From positions 64,001 to 128,000 of IMG/VR virus record IMGVR_UViG_3300008255_000099: 64,000 nucleotides of DNA. One strand, written 5' to 3'. A program made the position numbers and the translations under genes. Of the stretch, positions 17,228 through 27,309 are shown one piece after another. Every line of letters begins with the position of its first letter. The first letter of the stretch is position 1. Source of the stretch: a virus. A model generated the notes under the pieces. It ran no database searches. It had not been told where the DNA came from and saw only the letters and a list, made by a program, of their open reading frames with translations.

Positions 17228-17818
17228 TTCCAAACCTTCATTGGGGAGTGGGACATTTGCTTGATCTTCTGGCATTTCAATCGGTTGTTGAATTTCTCTA
17301 TATTTTTCTGGAAATTGTTCATCAAGATCTGTAGTTATCTGATCAAATTCTTCATCGGATCTTTCTGAAACATCTTCCCACATTTTGTTTAATTGATCGT
17401 TGTAATCAAGATTTTGCAAAATTCCTTCTGGGACAAAACCATCTCTTTTTCTAATTGTTTCTACAATTCCATCTTGATAGATCTTCTGCATTTGTCTTTT
17501 TCTTCTCTCTATCCCAGATTTTCTGTAGTTAATTACGGTTTGAAATCCGCCTCCCCCACCGGGGCCAACACCATATGGTGAAAGTCTTGAATATCCACCT
17601 TTATGATTTTTTTTGAAGACTGTGTTAAAGAAGGTCCCAAGAAATCCAGGTGGATTTTGAAAAAGTTGTGTCCAAATAGGATCAACATGAAAATAGACAT
17701 ATGCCACATCTTCTCGAATAAATACCACAAAAAGAGATAAATTTTCATCATCATACCACATCAAATTAGACATTGTACTTGGTGGTGTTTTAACTATCCA
17801 TCCTGATGTTTTTTCCAA
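17204..17818 (-). CDS. KTSC-domain protein
   Basis: STMSNLMWYDDENLSLFVVF...YVYFHV...LGTFFNTVFK follows the KTSC pattern (S...YD....L.V.F...Y.Y..V....G.FFN..IK). Confidence 0.6.
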   Translation of the reverse strand: MEKTSGWIVKTPPSTMSNLMWYDDENLSLFVVFIREDVAYVYFHVDPIWTQLFQNPPGFLGTFFNTVFKKNHKGGYSRLSPYGVGPGGGGGFQTVINYRKSGIERRKRQMQKIYQDGIVETIRKRDGFVPEGILQNLDYNDQLNKMWEDVSERSDEEFDQITTDLDEQFPEKYREIQQPIEMPEDQANVPLPNEGLELEEESLI

Positions 17819-17831
17819 TTTAAATCTCCAT

Positions 17832-20800
17832 TTATGAATTATATCTTGAATTTACAACTTCTTTTATAACCTCAATAACTTTATCAAGTTTTTGTTCAAC
17901 TTCTTTTTCTGTAAATCTTAAAACAATCCATCCTAACTCTGACAACACAGAATCTCGTTCTTTATCTTTAGCTATTTTTTCTGGATCGCTATGCCAAGTT
18001 TCACCATCTGCTTCAACTGCTACTTTAATTGTCGGGAAAGAACCATCAACACGATATTTCGGATTGCCACCAACTAAATATTGTGCAAAGAAGGGGACTT
18101 CAAGTTGTAGCTCGGCTATCCCTTTATAAAGTTGTTCTTCAATTCTTGTAAAGAATGTTTTTTTAGTATTATCTTGTTTTTTAGCAGATTGTTTGAAAAG
18201 TAATAATCTTTCTTTAAATTCATCGTCTAAATATTCTAAACACTCTTGTGAGGCAGTTGTCAAGAATCTATTCATTGATAAACCATTCGACAAAGGAAGA
18301 TCTTCTTGATCTAAATCAAAATAATTAAGATTAGATTCTTCTGGCATCTTTCCTCTAAAAGAGTTGCCAAAAATTTCATTCTCATGATTATTTTTATTAT
18401 ATTCAGCTAATTTTTCATTTAATTTATTAACAGCATATTTGTAATTTTGTTTCATAAAGGATGCTGCTAAAGGAGTCCCCATACCCATTTCTCCTCCACC
18501 TGGACCACCAGTCGGAGGCATTGGAACACCAGAAGCTTGACCACCACCTAAACCGCCACCAAGATCGGCTCCTTCTTCTGGTGGAATTCCCATTTGTGAC
18601 ATTCCGCCTGCACCACCGCCACCTAAATCTTCTCCTTCTGAAACACCCAACCCAAGATCGGGGCTTAACATCATTGAAGTAGCTTCTTCCTGTCTTATTT
18701 GTTCTACTTCCACGTCATAATCTAATCCTAGTTCTGTTAACAATGTCCGAAGGGAAATTTCGCCACGAGCACGGCACACCATCATATTAGAAATTCTTGC
18801 ATTATCATCTTTCAATGCTAAATCATGGAATTTTACTTTAGGATAAATCAAAGTTGTTGCTCCACGAGGATCTGTTGTTGTTAAGTTGTTAAATTCAGCT
18901 ATTGGTTTAAATATTTTTTGTTCAATAAATTCTGCTATTTCATTTCTGAAAGTGTTCAGTTTTGCAGCAAGAGCATCAAGGCCAACTTGAGCAGATGCGT
19001 AATTAGGTCCTTCACCGTGAAGTAGAGATTTGTTTAATTGAAGACCAGTTTGAAGATCTTCATTAATTAATTCATATTCATTGGTCAACTGAAGAACTTT
19101 TCCGGCTGCACCAATCCATTCGTAATCAAAACTATGGTGAGTTACAATTGTTTGTAGAGGGTCATTTTGGACAGAACTTAATTGTTCTAGAACATTCTGG
19201 ATGTCCTCGTCATTTGCGGGTCGGTTATCAGAACCTATTTTTACCACTTTAACAGGAAGGATATGTCTTTCTGCTGTTAACCATTGCGCTTGTCTTAATT
19301 TATCACGATAAGCCAAAGTTGGGAAAAGTCTTCTAACCAGAGAAATTCCATATGTTCTATAAGCAGAAGCCCCGAACTTTAGATGATGTGTTGAAAGATT
19401 ACTTAATTTAATAGGCTGTTTAGATTTTATCATCTCTCTAACTAATGGCGGAATATTTTGATAGATTGATTCTGGTTTTCCTTTGATGCAAACTTCAATT
19501 AATTGATCTGGTGGAACCCATTGAATCTCTGGGTCTCCCCCAAGAAAAGAAGGAGATACTTCCACTGTGTTAGGATCTAAAATATTTAATCCACCCCAAG
19601 TAGCTCCATAATGATTGCAAGCTGCACCTGTCTTTTTATCTATTCCCGTGCCGGAACATTGTTCACATTGAAGTTCAAGAAAAATAAAAACATCACCAAA
19701 AAGAAAATATTCATGTGCTATTTTTGTTAGCCATTTATTTAACTCAAGTTTTGAACATTCTTTTTCAAATACTTCTTTTATTTCACCATCTGAGCACTCT
19801 AAATCAAAACCATTCATTGAAAAATAAGCATAAAAGTCAATACCTGTAGCAACTATCGGCTCATTCTCAAACCAATACGAGCTATTGGAAACTGTTGAAA
19901 AATTAGCTAAATATTGATGACAATTTGTTTCATCATCGACATGAAAATCATAAACCAACCCTTCATACCATTCCTCTGAAATATCTTTAATTCGTGAAAA
20001 AACTTTATTTTCAGTTTGAAAGAATTGTGTGTTGAACTTAAGAATCTCTATTTGTTCTGTTTTGTAGTTTTCAATCGGAGACCATTCTTTTATTAAGTTA
20101 GAATTTAATTTATCCACCCACAGTGAGTAATATTTTCCTTCTTCTTTTTGATCTTTTGTGTCATTCCCTTGCCTTGATGGGATTCCCAAACCGAAAAGGA
20201 TAAATCTAATTTGTGATAGTAGATTATAGTTGATACTGGTTAATTTTATTTCTCCTTTTCCACGAAATTCTTTATTAACACTATGTCCATCACCGAGGTA
20301 ATATCCTATAATTAATTGTTTCAGCAATTCTTTGTTTTGGTTTAGAATAATTTCTGAAAGGACCTTCTCGTATGAATATCTACCACACAGATCTAAAATT
20401 TTTGATGCTAGTTCTTTAGAATAAATTTCAACACAAAGAACTGATGGCTTATTTATAACTTTTGCATCATAGTTAAATTCTTTTTTAATTATTTCACAAC
20501 AATCTTTGACAAGTGTTTCTTTTTCACTTTCTCCAAAAGAAAATGTTAGATAACTTGGTTGGTTATTTCTAAAAATAACTGAACCTTCTGCAAGATAATA
20601 TCCTAAAAATCTCATAAATTCAGGTGAGAAATCTTCTCGTGTCCCTTTTAGGACATTTGTTGGTGAATACAAAAAATCACCTTCTTCTAGTTCTCCTGCG
20701 TGGCAGTCTTTTATTTCTATTCTATCTTCTAATGTCGTATGATCGTCGCATTTTTTTGATGAGCAGGCATATTTTTCACGGCAGAATCTAAATGTAGATT

Positions 20801-21305
20801 TAAAATATTTGCAAGAGAATTCATCTTCTGGGGCGTAATAAAATTTATGTTCTGGGGTAGCTTTGATGTAGTCCACGGAGCCAATTGTTTGAATTTTTTT
20901 AAGATAACCAGAGAATTGTTTTTTATTAACATATTTAACTGTTCCTTCTGTTCCAGAACCTGTTAAAACTTTATCTCCTTGTTTAATTTCGGAGATTGGT
21001 TTTTGTGTAAAATCAAACATTGTGATTAATGTATCAGGATGTAAGCACCATGCATAAACTTCTTTTCGGTTGGTTGGGATTTGCCAAGCGGACGGTGTGT
21101 GATAGGGAGAATAAAAGCTTGGGGCAGTTGTAATAACACTATTTCCAGTAGCTTGTGCTGTAGAAACAAGACCATTGCTTTTTACATATCTGGTAACTCC
21201 ATCCATACTAAAACTTGGAGGATTAACAGGGAACGTAGCTGTATCTGGATAATTCCTTAAATTTTGATCAAACTGTTTGTAACCTTTTCTCTTAAACTTC
21301 GCCAT
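17832..21305 (-). CDS. Portal protein, intein-containing, with C-terminal DUF559/Vsr-like nuclease domain
   Basis: Portal-like core (AHEYFLFGDVF, YRTYGISLVRR, RHILPVKVVKIG); C-terminal YRVDGSFPTIKVAVEADGETWH...DKERDSVLSELGWIVLRFTE; position upstream of the protease. Confidence 0.8.
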   Translation of the reverse strand: MAKFKRKGYKQFDQNLRNYPDTATFPVNPPSFSMDGVTRYVKSNGLVSTAQATGNSVITTAPSFYSPYHTPSAWQIPTNRKEVYAWCLHPDTLITMFDFTQKPISEIKQGDKVLTGSGTEGTVKYVNKKQFSGYLKKIQTIGSVDYIKATPEHKFYYAPEDEFSCKYFKSTFRFCREKYACSSKKCDDHTTLEDRIEIKDCHAGELEEGDFLYSPTNVLKGTREDFSPEFMRFLGYYLAEGSVIFRNNQPSYLTFSFGESEKETLVKDCCEIIKKEFNYDAKVINKPSVLCVEIYSKELASKILDLCGRYSYEKVLSEIILNQNKELLKQLIIGYYLGDGHSVNKEFRGKGEIKLTSINYNLLSQIRFILFGLGIPSRQGNDTKDQKEEGKYYSLWVDKLNSNLIKEWSPIENYKTEQIEILKFNTQFFQTENKVFSRIKDISEEWYEGLVYDFHVDDETNCHQYLANFSTVSNSSYWFENEPIVATGIDFYAYFSMNGFDLECSDGEIKEVFEKECSKLELNKWLTKIAHEYFLFGDVFIFLELQCEQCSGTGIDKKTGAACNHYGATWGGLNILDPNTVEVSPSFLGGDPEIQWVPPDQLIEVCIKGKPESIYQNIPPLVREMIKSKQPIKLSNLSTHHLKFGASAYRTYGISLVRRLFPTLAYRDKLRQAQWLTAERHILPVKVVKIGSDNRPANDEDIQNVLEQLSSVQNDPLQTIVTHHSFDYEWIGAAGKVLQLTNEYELINEDLQTGLQLNKSLLHGEGPNYASAQVGLDALAAKLNTFRNEIAEFIEQKIFKPIAEFNNLTTTDPRGATTLIYPKVKFHDLALKDDNARISNMMVCRARGEISLRTLLTELGLDYDVEVEQIRQEEATSMMLSPDLGLGVSEGEDLGGGGAGGMSQMGIPPEEGADLGGGLGGGQASGVPMPPTGGPGGGEMGMGTPLAASFMKQNYKYAVNKLNEKLAEYNKNNHENEIFGNSFRGKMPEESNLNYFDLDQEDLPLSNGLSMNRFLTTASQECLEYLDDEFKERLLLFKQSAKKQDNTKKTFFTRIEEQLYKGIAELQLEVPFFAQYLVGGNPKYRVDGSFPTIKVAVEADGETWHSDPEKIAKDKERDSVLSELGWIVLRFTEKEVEQKLDKVIEVIKEVVNSRYNS
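19884..21047 (-). mobile_element. Intein (388 aa) with LAGLIDADG endonuclease in the portal
   Basis: YAW|CLHPDTLI...VYDFHVDDETNCHQYLANFSTVSN|S; FLGYYLAEG and LIIGYYLGDG blocks. Confidence 0.92.
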
Positions 21306-21369
21306 AAAAACACCGCCTATCTAATATTATACAAACTTATTTTTTAAAATGTTTTAAAAACATTTTTAA

Positions 21370-23223
21370 TTAAAAGGCCCATGCGTTTTTATCATCATTT
21401 ATAATATTTCTTATTTTTTCTAAAACTTTGTCATTAGCATTAGGGGCATTCATGTCTAATTGGCTATTAATCCCTGGTGCTGGCCCTCTAACTCCTGGAC
21501 CCATTTTTATAATTGGCGCTTCATCAACTTGTGCCATTGGTAATTGTTCTTCCTCTCTTGACAAAAGGTCCCCTCCCATTGGATCAAAATCTTGAGCAAA
21601 AAGATTTTTTGCTCGTTCTTTATCTAATGCCGTTAAAGATGCTTCAGTCCCTAAAAGTTGTGGCCTTTCAGAATTTAATCCTAATTGATCTACAATTCTA
21701 TCAATTTGTCTAGTTATTTCATCAAATCTATCATCATTTTCTCTTTCAAGATCATCTTCGTCCACATCTTCATCAGAAGATGATGTGAAAGGATCTTTAA
21801 GGATGCCACCACCAAAAGATGATGTTTTAGAAAGATTAGATTTATCTCTCCATTTTTCCAACATAGAGTCATAGACTTCTGTTTTATCAGGATTCCGATC
21901 TAAATCATCTTCCATTGTTCTTTCTGTTGTTTTTAAATCTTTTTGATCAGAGTGCTTATGTTTAGCTGCTCTTGATTCATAGTTTTGAGTCCATAGATCC
22001 TCCGGTGAATCGTTCTTTAATAATTTTTCTATATTACTTTTTTCATCAACTTCACGTCTTGCTGTTTTTCCTTCTGCAAGCTCACCAAGGAGAGTCTCTA
22101 TGCTTCTCTTTGGATCATATTTTGTGTCATTAACATTAGCTTGTTTCATTCTTCCTTCCAAACCTACACATTCTGGACTAAGTTCATTATATCTCTTATC
22201 ATCGGGAATTCTATAAGCTCTTTCTTCATTTAATGGATTTCTTTGTTCTTCAAGTCTTGACATAGCTTTATGATGGCTTTCGCCAACATTTTTTAACCAT
22301 TTTTCATAATTAGTTGGGATTGGTCCGGCAACACGTCTTTTATCATCTGTGTTTAATTTATCCATATCACCAATCATATAATAGGCTTCTTTTTTCATTT
22401 TATCTAAATGCCCAGAAGCTTTTGATAATCCAGAATCAGATATATCAACAAAAGCCTCAACAACTAAATTATTCATTTTTTCTGGAAGTTCAGAATATTT
22501 ACTTGGATCTAAAAGAAGCAAGATCTGTGTTTGATCTACTTTTTCAGAAGAATTCAGAATTTTATCAGCAACAACTAAATCTGCTGCTAATTTTATTATT
22601 TGATCTTTTTTAGCTTCGTGCCACATTTCTCCACCTTTTATTGTTGTTTGATTTTTAACTACTTTATCTGGTAATAAAGAATTATCATCAATTTCGCAAT
22701 CAAGACAACAGTCTCCTTCATTTATATCTTCAAGCGGCATTGGTTCTTCTGATTCACATGGGGTATCACTAAAATATTTTTCATGTTCAAACAAATCGAA
22801 TGGAGAACTTCCAATAAAACTATTTATAATATCAGTCATATGAGTTAATATCTGATTATTATTATGATATGGATTTTGTCCACCAAAATTTGGTATTAAA
22901 TCTTCACATTCTTCATCACAATCTCCAATCTCAATAATTGGATCCGTTGTTCTTTTAGTAATTGTTATAATAGCATCGACACCATCTCTTAATGGTTGGA
23001 GTTTAGCATCTGTTTCATCATTAATTTTAGCACCGCAAGAATCACTTAAATGATCCCTAGATAATTGACCAGAAATATTCTCAAGCAAATTACTAGAACT
23101 ATTTTTAATCAATCCCTTAACTTCATTTAATGATTTAACTAAATCACTTTTTGATGAATAGAGCTTATTTTTTTTAACTAAATTATTATAATTAAACATT
23201 TTATTTCCCCAACTATTTTTCAT
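21370..23223 (-). CDS. Putative head/internal virion protein
   Basis: 617-aa acidic ORF in the head module with K-x-A/S motifs. Confidence 0.6.
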   Translation of the reverse strand: MKNSWGNKMFNYNNLVKKNKLYSSKSDLVKSLNEVKGLIKNSSSNLLENISGQLSRDHLSDSCGAKINDETDAKLQPLRDGVDAIITITKRTTDPIIEIGDCDEECEDLIPNFGGQNPYHNNNQILTHMTDIINSFIGSSPFDLFEHEKYFSDTPCESEEPMPLEDINEGDCCLDCEIDDNSLLPDKVVKNQTTIKGGEMWHEAKKDQIIKLAADLVVADKILNSSEKVDQTQILLLLDPSKYSELPEKMNNLVVEAFVDISDSGLSKASGHLDKMKKEAYYMIGDMDKLNTDDKRRVAGPIPTNYEKWLKNVGESHHKAMSRLEEQRNPLNEERAYRIPDDKRYNELSPECVGLEGRMKQANVNDTKYDPKRSIETLLGELAEGKTARREVDEKSNIEKLLKNDSPEDLWTQNYESRAAKHKHSDQKDLKTTERTMEDDLDRNPDKTEVYDSMLEKWRDKSNLSKTSSFGGGILKDPFTSSSDEDVDEDDLERENDDRFDEITRQIDRIVDQLGLNSERPQLLGTEASLTALDKERAKNLFAQDFDPMGGDLLSREEEQLPMAQVDEAPIIKMGPGVRGPAPGINSQLDMNAPNANDKVLEKIRNIINDDKNAWAF

Positions 23224-24577
23224 GTAAGGTATTATCTAAAAAATATCTATCCTCTTTAATTCCTTCTGTTGCGTGTTTTAATTTTTCATCATCCCAACCT
23301 CTATTTTTTAGTGCTGTTTTTATTTTACCAAGTTCATTTGAGACTGAGCTAAGTGAACCTTTTGGTCCATTCTCGGATTTAAATGGGTCAAATTTCTGGC
23401 ATCCATCAAGATAAATTAATCTCATCATTAAATCTCTCGTTGATTTTTTGTTATAATTTTCATCAACAGCATAAACACCCATCTTTTCCCAATCTTTTTC
23501 AGCATTTTCAAAAGCAGTGCTTGATAAAACAGTTTTTAAATTAAATTTAGAAGATGTTTTTTCTGTTTCTTTTTTAGATCCTTTTCTTTTATTTTTCCTA
23601 TTATATTCTTTAACTATTTTAATACAGTCTCTGACAGTTTTAGAGTCAAATTTTGTAGCATGAGTCACATGTCTTGTGATATCTTGACCGTCCCAATTCT
23701 TATCCAATAATTTTTGAATAATACCCATTAAAACTTTAAAAGGATTTCCTTTTTTACCCTTATCTTTTTTAGATTCTTCTTTATCCTTTTTTTCATATGA
23801 GGTAGTTGGCTTATTAGTCTTCTCTTCTTTCTCTTCTTCAACTGGCTCGTCAACACTAGCAGGACTAGCGGACATCTTTTTAAGATTAAATTTATTTTTT
23901 GCCATAACATTACCTCCCGCATTATTATTTGTTTTTTCAATTTTAATTAATTCGTCTAATTCATTTATAAATGAATTAATTATATTTGAAATATATCCTT
24001 TCGAATCCTTTTCTTGTTTTGTATATTCTCTATCTAAATCTTTAAGTCTTGCTGTATTTATATTTTGAATAGTGCTATTAGCGAATCCTAATAATCTATC
24101 TCCTATAACTTTAAAATTTGGGTTATTAGATAGTTGTGTGGCAAGTTGTGTTAATTGTGATTTAAATTTTTGTAGAGATGATTCTACAATATCTTTGATT
24201 GGTTCTGCTTCCTTTACTTCTTGGTTTTGAGTGGAAGGATTTTGTGAAGGATTTTGAACTTGATTATTCTCAAACTGATATGAATTAATAGTTTGAGATA
24301 ATTTTGTTACAGAACCATTAATAGATCTTAACATTTCAGACAATACTTTTTTAACACTTTCAAGCAATTGGATATCAGATTGCCCACTTCGTTGTGGTTG
24401 AACAGCTTGGTTGCCCTCTGAAAGATTTACAGCATCTTGCAAAGGGATATTTCCTGGCCCACCCGTAGAAGCAGGGTGTGCCGAAACACGCCCCTGAGTT
24501 TCGCCTAATTCTTGTGTGGCAACCCCAGGGGCGGTTATTGAAGCGCTAATTTTCTCTAAATTGAATTTTTTATTCAT
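23213..24577 (-). CDS. Putative head/internal virion protein
   Basis: 454 aa; repeated KFNL.K.S motif (KFNLEKISAS, KFNLKKMSAS, KFNLKTVLSS). Confidence 0.6.
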   Translation of the reverse strand: MNKKFNLEKISASITAPGVATQELGETQGRVSAHPASTGGPGNIPLQDAVNLSEGNQAVQPQRSGQSDIQLLESVKKVLSEMLRSINGSVTKLSQTINSYQFENNQVQNPSQNPSTQNQEVKEAEPIKDIVESSLQKFKSQLTQLATQLSNNPNFKVIGDRLLGFANSTIQNINTARLKDLDREYTKQEKDSKGYISNIINSFINELDELIKIEKTNNNAGGNVMAKNKFNLKKMSASPASVDEPVEEEKEEKTNKPTTSYEKKDKEESKKDKGKKGNPFKVLMGIIQKLLDKNWDGQDITRHVTHATKFDSKTVRDCIKIVKEYNRKNKRKGSKKETEKTSSKFNLKTVLSSTAFENAEKDWEKMGVYAVDENYNKKSTRDLMMRLIYLDGCQKFDPFKSENGPKGSLSSVSNELGKIKTALKNRGWDDEKLKHATEGIKEDRYFLDNTLHEK

Positions 24578-24592
24578 TTTTATTTCTTTTAA

Positions 24593-25471
24593 TTATCCGC
24601 CTCTTAAAAGACTTCCAAGATTTGTAATCATATTAGATTCAGATAAAGAATCTTGTATAGTTTTAGCTCTACTTGTTTCAAGATTATTCATCTCTCTCAA
24701 ATAAACATCGTCTTTCTTTTCTATTCTAGAAATTATTTCTTTTTCTATTTTTTTATCTGCAAGAACTTTAGCTTTTCTTTCATCTCTTCTTTTTGCTTGT
24801 TCCTCATCAACAAGACCGAAATCGCTTGCTGCTGGGGTTTCGTGAGCAATTGTTCTTAATTTATTAGATCTTAAATCGGAAGAAGTCATTCCAGATAAAG
24901 AACCAGAAAATGTTTCATCCATTTCCGTACTTTGTCTCTGTTCTCTTTCTTTTTTGAATTCTTGATTAGATGCTCCAAGTTTTCTTGCTTCATTAGCAAT
25001 CCACGCTTCTTTTTCTTTGAGTGCGGATTCTACCATTATATTTTTCAATTCCTCTTCACCAGGGCCAAAAATCCCTGGATGATATTCTGGATAATCACCA
25101 GCATATCTTAGATCTCTTACTTCCGAATCATGATCTTCAGCAGAGGATGTTCTAGAGATTCCCATGGAAGATGCTAATCTTGGATTTAATTCACGATAAT
25201 CATCCTCAGAAGTAATTCTACTAAAACCACCATATCCCTCTGCAACATTAGATTTCATACTGGATGAATAATCATATTCTTTATTAGCTGTCCTAATTTG
25301 TTTTTTATTATAAGCCTCTTTTTCTCTTAGAATTTGATTTCTTCTTTCATCCAATTCTCTTAATTGCATTTCTGCAACTTCAGATTCTGACAATCTATTA
25401 GAAGCAAAATATCTCGTGGAAGCATCCATTATTTCCAAATCTTCATTGGATATTTTCTTAAATTTAGCCAT
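24593..25471 (-). CDS. Putative head/internal virion protein
   Basis: 292 aa, AGGAG RBS, starts MAKFKKIS. Confidence 0.6.
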   Translation of the reverse strand: MAKFKKISNEDLEIMDASTRYFASNRLSESEVAEMQLRELDERRNQILREKEAYNKKQIRTANKEYDYSSSMKSNVAEGYGGFSRITSEDDYRELNPRLASSMGISRTSSAEDHDSEVRDLRYAGDYPEYHPGIFGPGEEELKNIMVESALKEKEAWIANEARKLGASNQEFKKEREQRQSTEMDETFSGSLSGMTSSDLRSNKLRTIAHETPAASDFGLVDEEQAKRRDERKAKVLADKKIEKEIISRIEKKDDVYLREMNNLETSRAKTIQDSLSESNMITNLGSLLRGG

Positions 25472-25500
25472 AGCTTAACTCCTATCTAAAAATTTTTAAA

Positions 25501-25977
25501 TTATAATTTAAAAATTCCTCTTCTCTCTGCTTCCTTTAGTAACCTTGCTTTAAGATCTGCTTTTGTCTCTTTTTTAGACGCAGTTTTCTTCAAAGAATCT
25601 TTTTTAGAAGCCAGACTCTCTTTTTCTCTGTATCTATCAGCTAATCCAAGAGGGCCTTCTGTTTCAATTAATTCATTAATTACGCTTCCAATGTCGCTTA
25701 ATGAAAAATCGTCATCTTCTTTTGAAAGATTAGTTTGAGCTTCAACTATTTTGTTTTGACTCTCATCTAAATCTCTTAAATTGATAGCATTCATATAGCT
25801 ATAAACCATTGGATGGTTTTCTCTATCAGATTCGTTGAGCGCAGCAATATTCTTTGCTTGTTTTTTTAATCTTCCAGATTCAACTGTAGGTCCATGTTTT
25901 TCTTCTAAAATTTCAGCATATCTTTCTAAAGAAGCAGTTCTATTATCTGACCTTACAACTTTTGTTTCCTCTTTCAT
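25501..25977 (-). CDS. Putative head/internal virion protein
   Basis: 158 aa; RTAS, KKQA and KKTAS motifs. Confidence 0.6.
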   Translation of the reverse strand: MKEETKVVRSDNRTASLERYAEILEEKHGPTVESGRLKKQAKNIAALNESDRENHPMVYSYMNAINLRDLDESQNKIVEAQTNLSKEDDDFSLSDIGSVINELIETEGPLGLADRYREKESLASKKDSLKKTASKKETKADLKARLLKEAERRGIFKL

Positions 25978-25980
25978 TGC

Positions 25981-26868
25981 TTATCCTCCCTTTACAGGAT
26001 CGACATCTGCAACAAGATCATCAGACCAATCTGCAACATAACCTAACTCATTTTTCCAATAATCTAGGATTCTATTCTTATCTCCAGGGGTTAATTCTGC
26101 TTCTTTAATAAATTCACGCAAAAGATCTTCTTTTGCAGATCTTTCAAGTTTATCATTTTTAGCTAATTTAACTACTAAACCTGGGATTCCAGATGCTGAT
26201 TTTGCTTTTAAAACAGATTCGGTGTAATATTCAGCTACTTTCCCATCAAACCCTAATGAAGACAATCTTTCTTGAATTGCTTGTCTTTCATTGTCATCAA
26301 GTTCTGATGCTTTTTTAAATCCTTCTTTTGAAGCGACTTTTTCTTCTTTCTTTTCTAATTCAGCAAGAACTTTCTTTCTCCAATTTCTTCGTGCTTCAAT
26401 TTCCTTTTTATTTTCTGCTTCTTCAACAGAGGCTAAAACTTCTTTTCTCTGTGAAGATCTTTTTGCTAAAACTTCCTTTTTCTCTAAATTCTTTTCAAGA
26501 GTTTCTGCTTGTTTTAACAACATTTGTCTAAATTGAGAACGAGCTTCAAGAGCTTTAAGATAAGATTCTTCATCTCCTCTGTCTAAAGCAGCTTCTAGGA
26601 ATTTAGCAGAAGGCACACGGACCTTGCCGTCAATCACTGATAATTCTGGTGAAGTATCCGATTTCTTTTCCTTGCTTGTTCTAACTGTTTTTTTGTCCAT
26701 AGAATCGACACAAGCTTCTTTATCTTCTGTTGATTCCTCTGATTTACTGGCTTGCTTTGTGAGTTCTGGGACCATAGTTTTAATTATTTCACCCATGTCA
26801 ACAAAAGACATTCCTCTTGTATCTTCAAGCTCATCGCTTTTTCCAGTAGGATAAATTCTTCCACTCAT
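25981..26868 (-). CDS. Putative head/internal virion protein (coiled coil)
   Basis: 295 aa, AAGGAGG RBS; KQAS, KVAS, KKAS and IKEA motifs. Confidence 0.6.
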   Translation of the reverse strand: MSGRIYPTGKSDELEDTRGMSFVDMGEIIKTMVPELTKQASKSEESTEDKEACVDSMDKKTVRTSKEKKSDTSPELSVIDGKVRVPSAKFLEAALDRGDEESYLKALEARSQFRQMLLKQAETLEKNLEKKEVLAKRSSQRKEVLASVEEAENKKEIEARRNWRKKVLAELEKKEEKVASKEGFKKASELDDNERQAIQERLSSLGFDGKVAEYYTESVLKAKSASGIPGLVVKLAKNDKLERSAKEDLLREFIKEAELTPGDKNRILDYWKNELGYVADWSDDLVADVDPVKGG

Positions 26869-26922
26869 TTAATTCCTCCTTAAAGTTCGAATGATCATTT
26901 ATAACAAACTTTAGTTATTAAA

Positions 26923-27309
26923 TTATTCGTTATGATCAGATAATCCTTTCTTTATAATAATTAAAAAATTATCTGGATCAAAATCTACTTGATCATCTAC
27001 TTCTACTCCATTTGATTCTAAAATTCCTTTATTTGTTTCTATTACATACTTAACCTCACGATTTCCTGGGTATTTAACGTTTTCAGATGTGGCTTCTAGA
27101 TCAAAAATATCAACAATTATAAATTTATCATTAATAAAACAAACATCTATTGGATAGTCAACATCTTTATTCCAAAATCCGTGACATCCTCTGTTCGGGA
27201 AAATAAAAAAAGCACATTCAGAATCTGAAATCTTTTTTTTCATTAATCCTTTTTTTCTTTTTTCATCAGAGTCACATAGATATTTAATTTTTAATTTAAT
27301 TTTACTCAT
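26923..27309 (-). CDS. DUF192-family protein
   Basis: KRKKGLM...FFIFP...GFWNKDVDYPIDVCFI...YVIETNKG matches the DUF192 pattern. Confidence 0.8.
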   Translation of the reverse strand: MSKIKLKIKYLCDSDEKRKKGLMKKKISDSECAFFIFPNRGCHGFWNKDVDYPIDVCFINDKFIIVDIFDLEATSENVKYPGNREVKYVIETNKGILESNGVEVDDQVDFDPDNFLIIIKKGLSDHNE

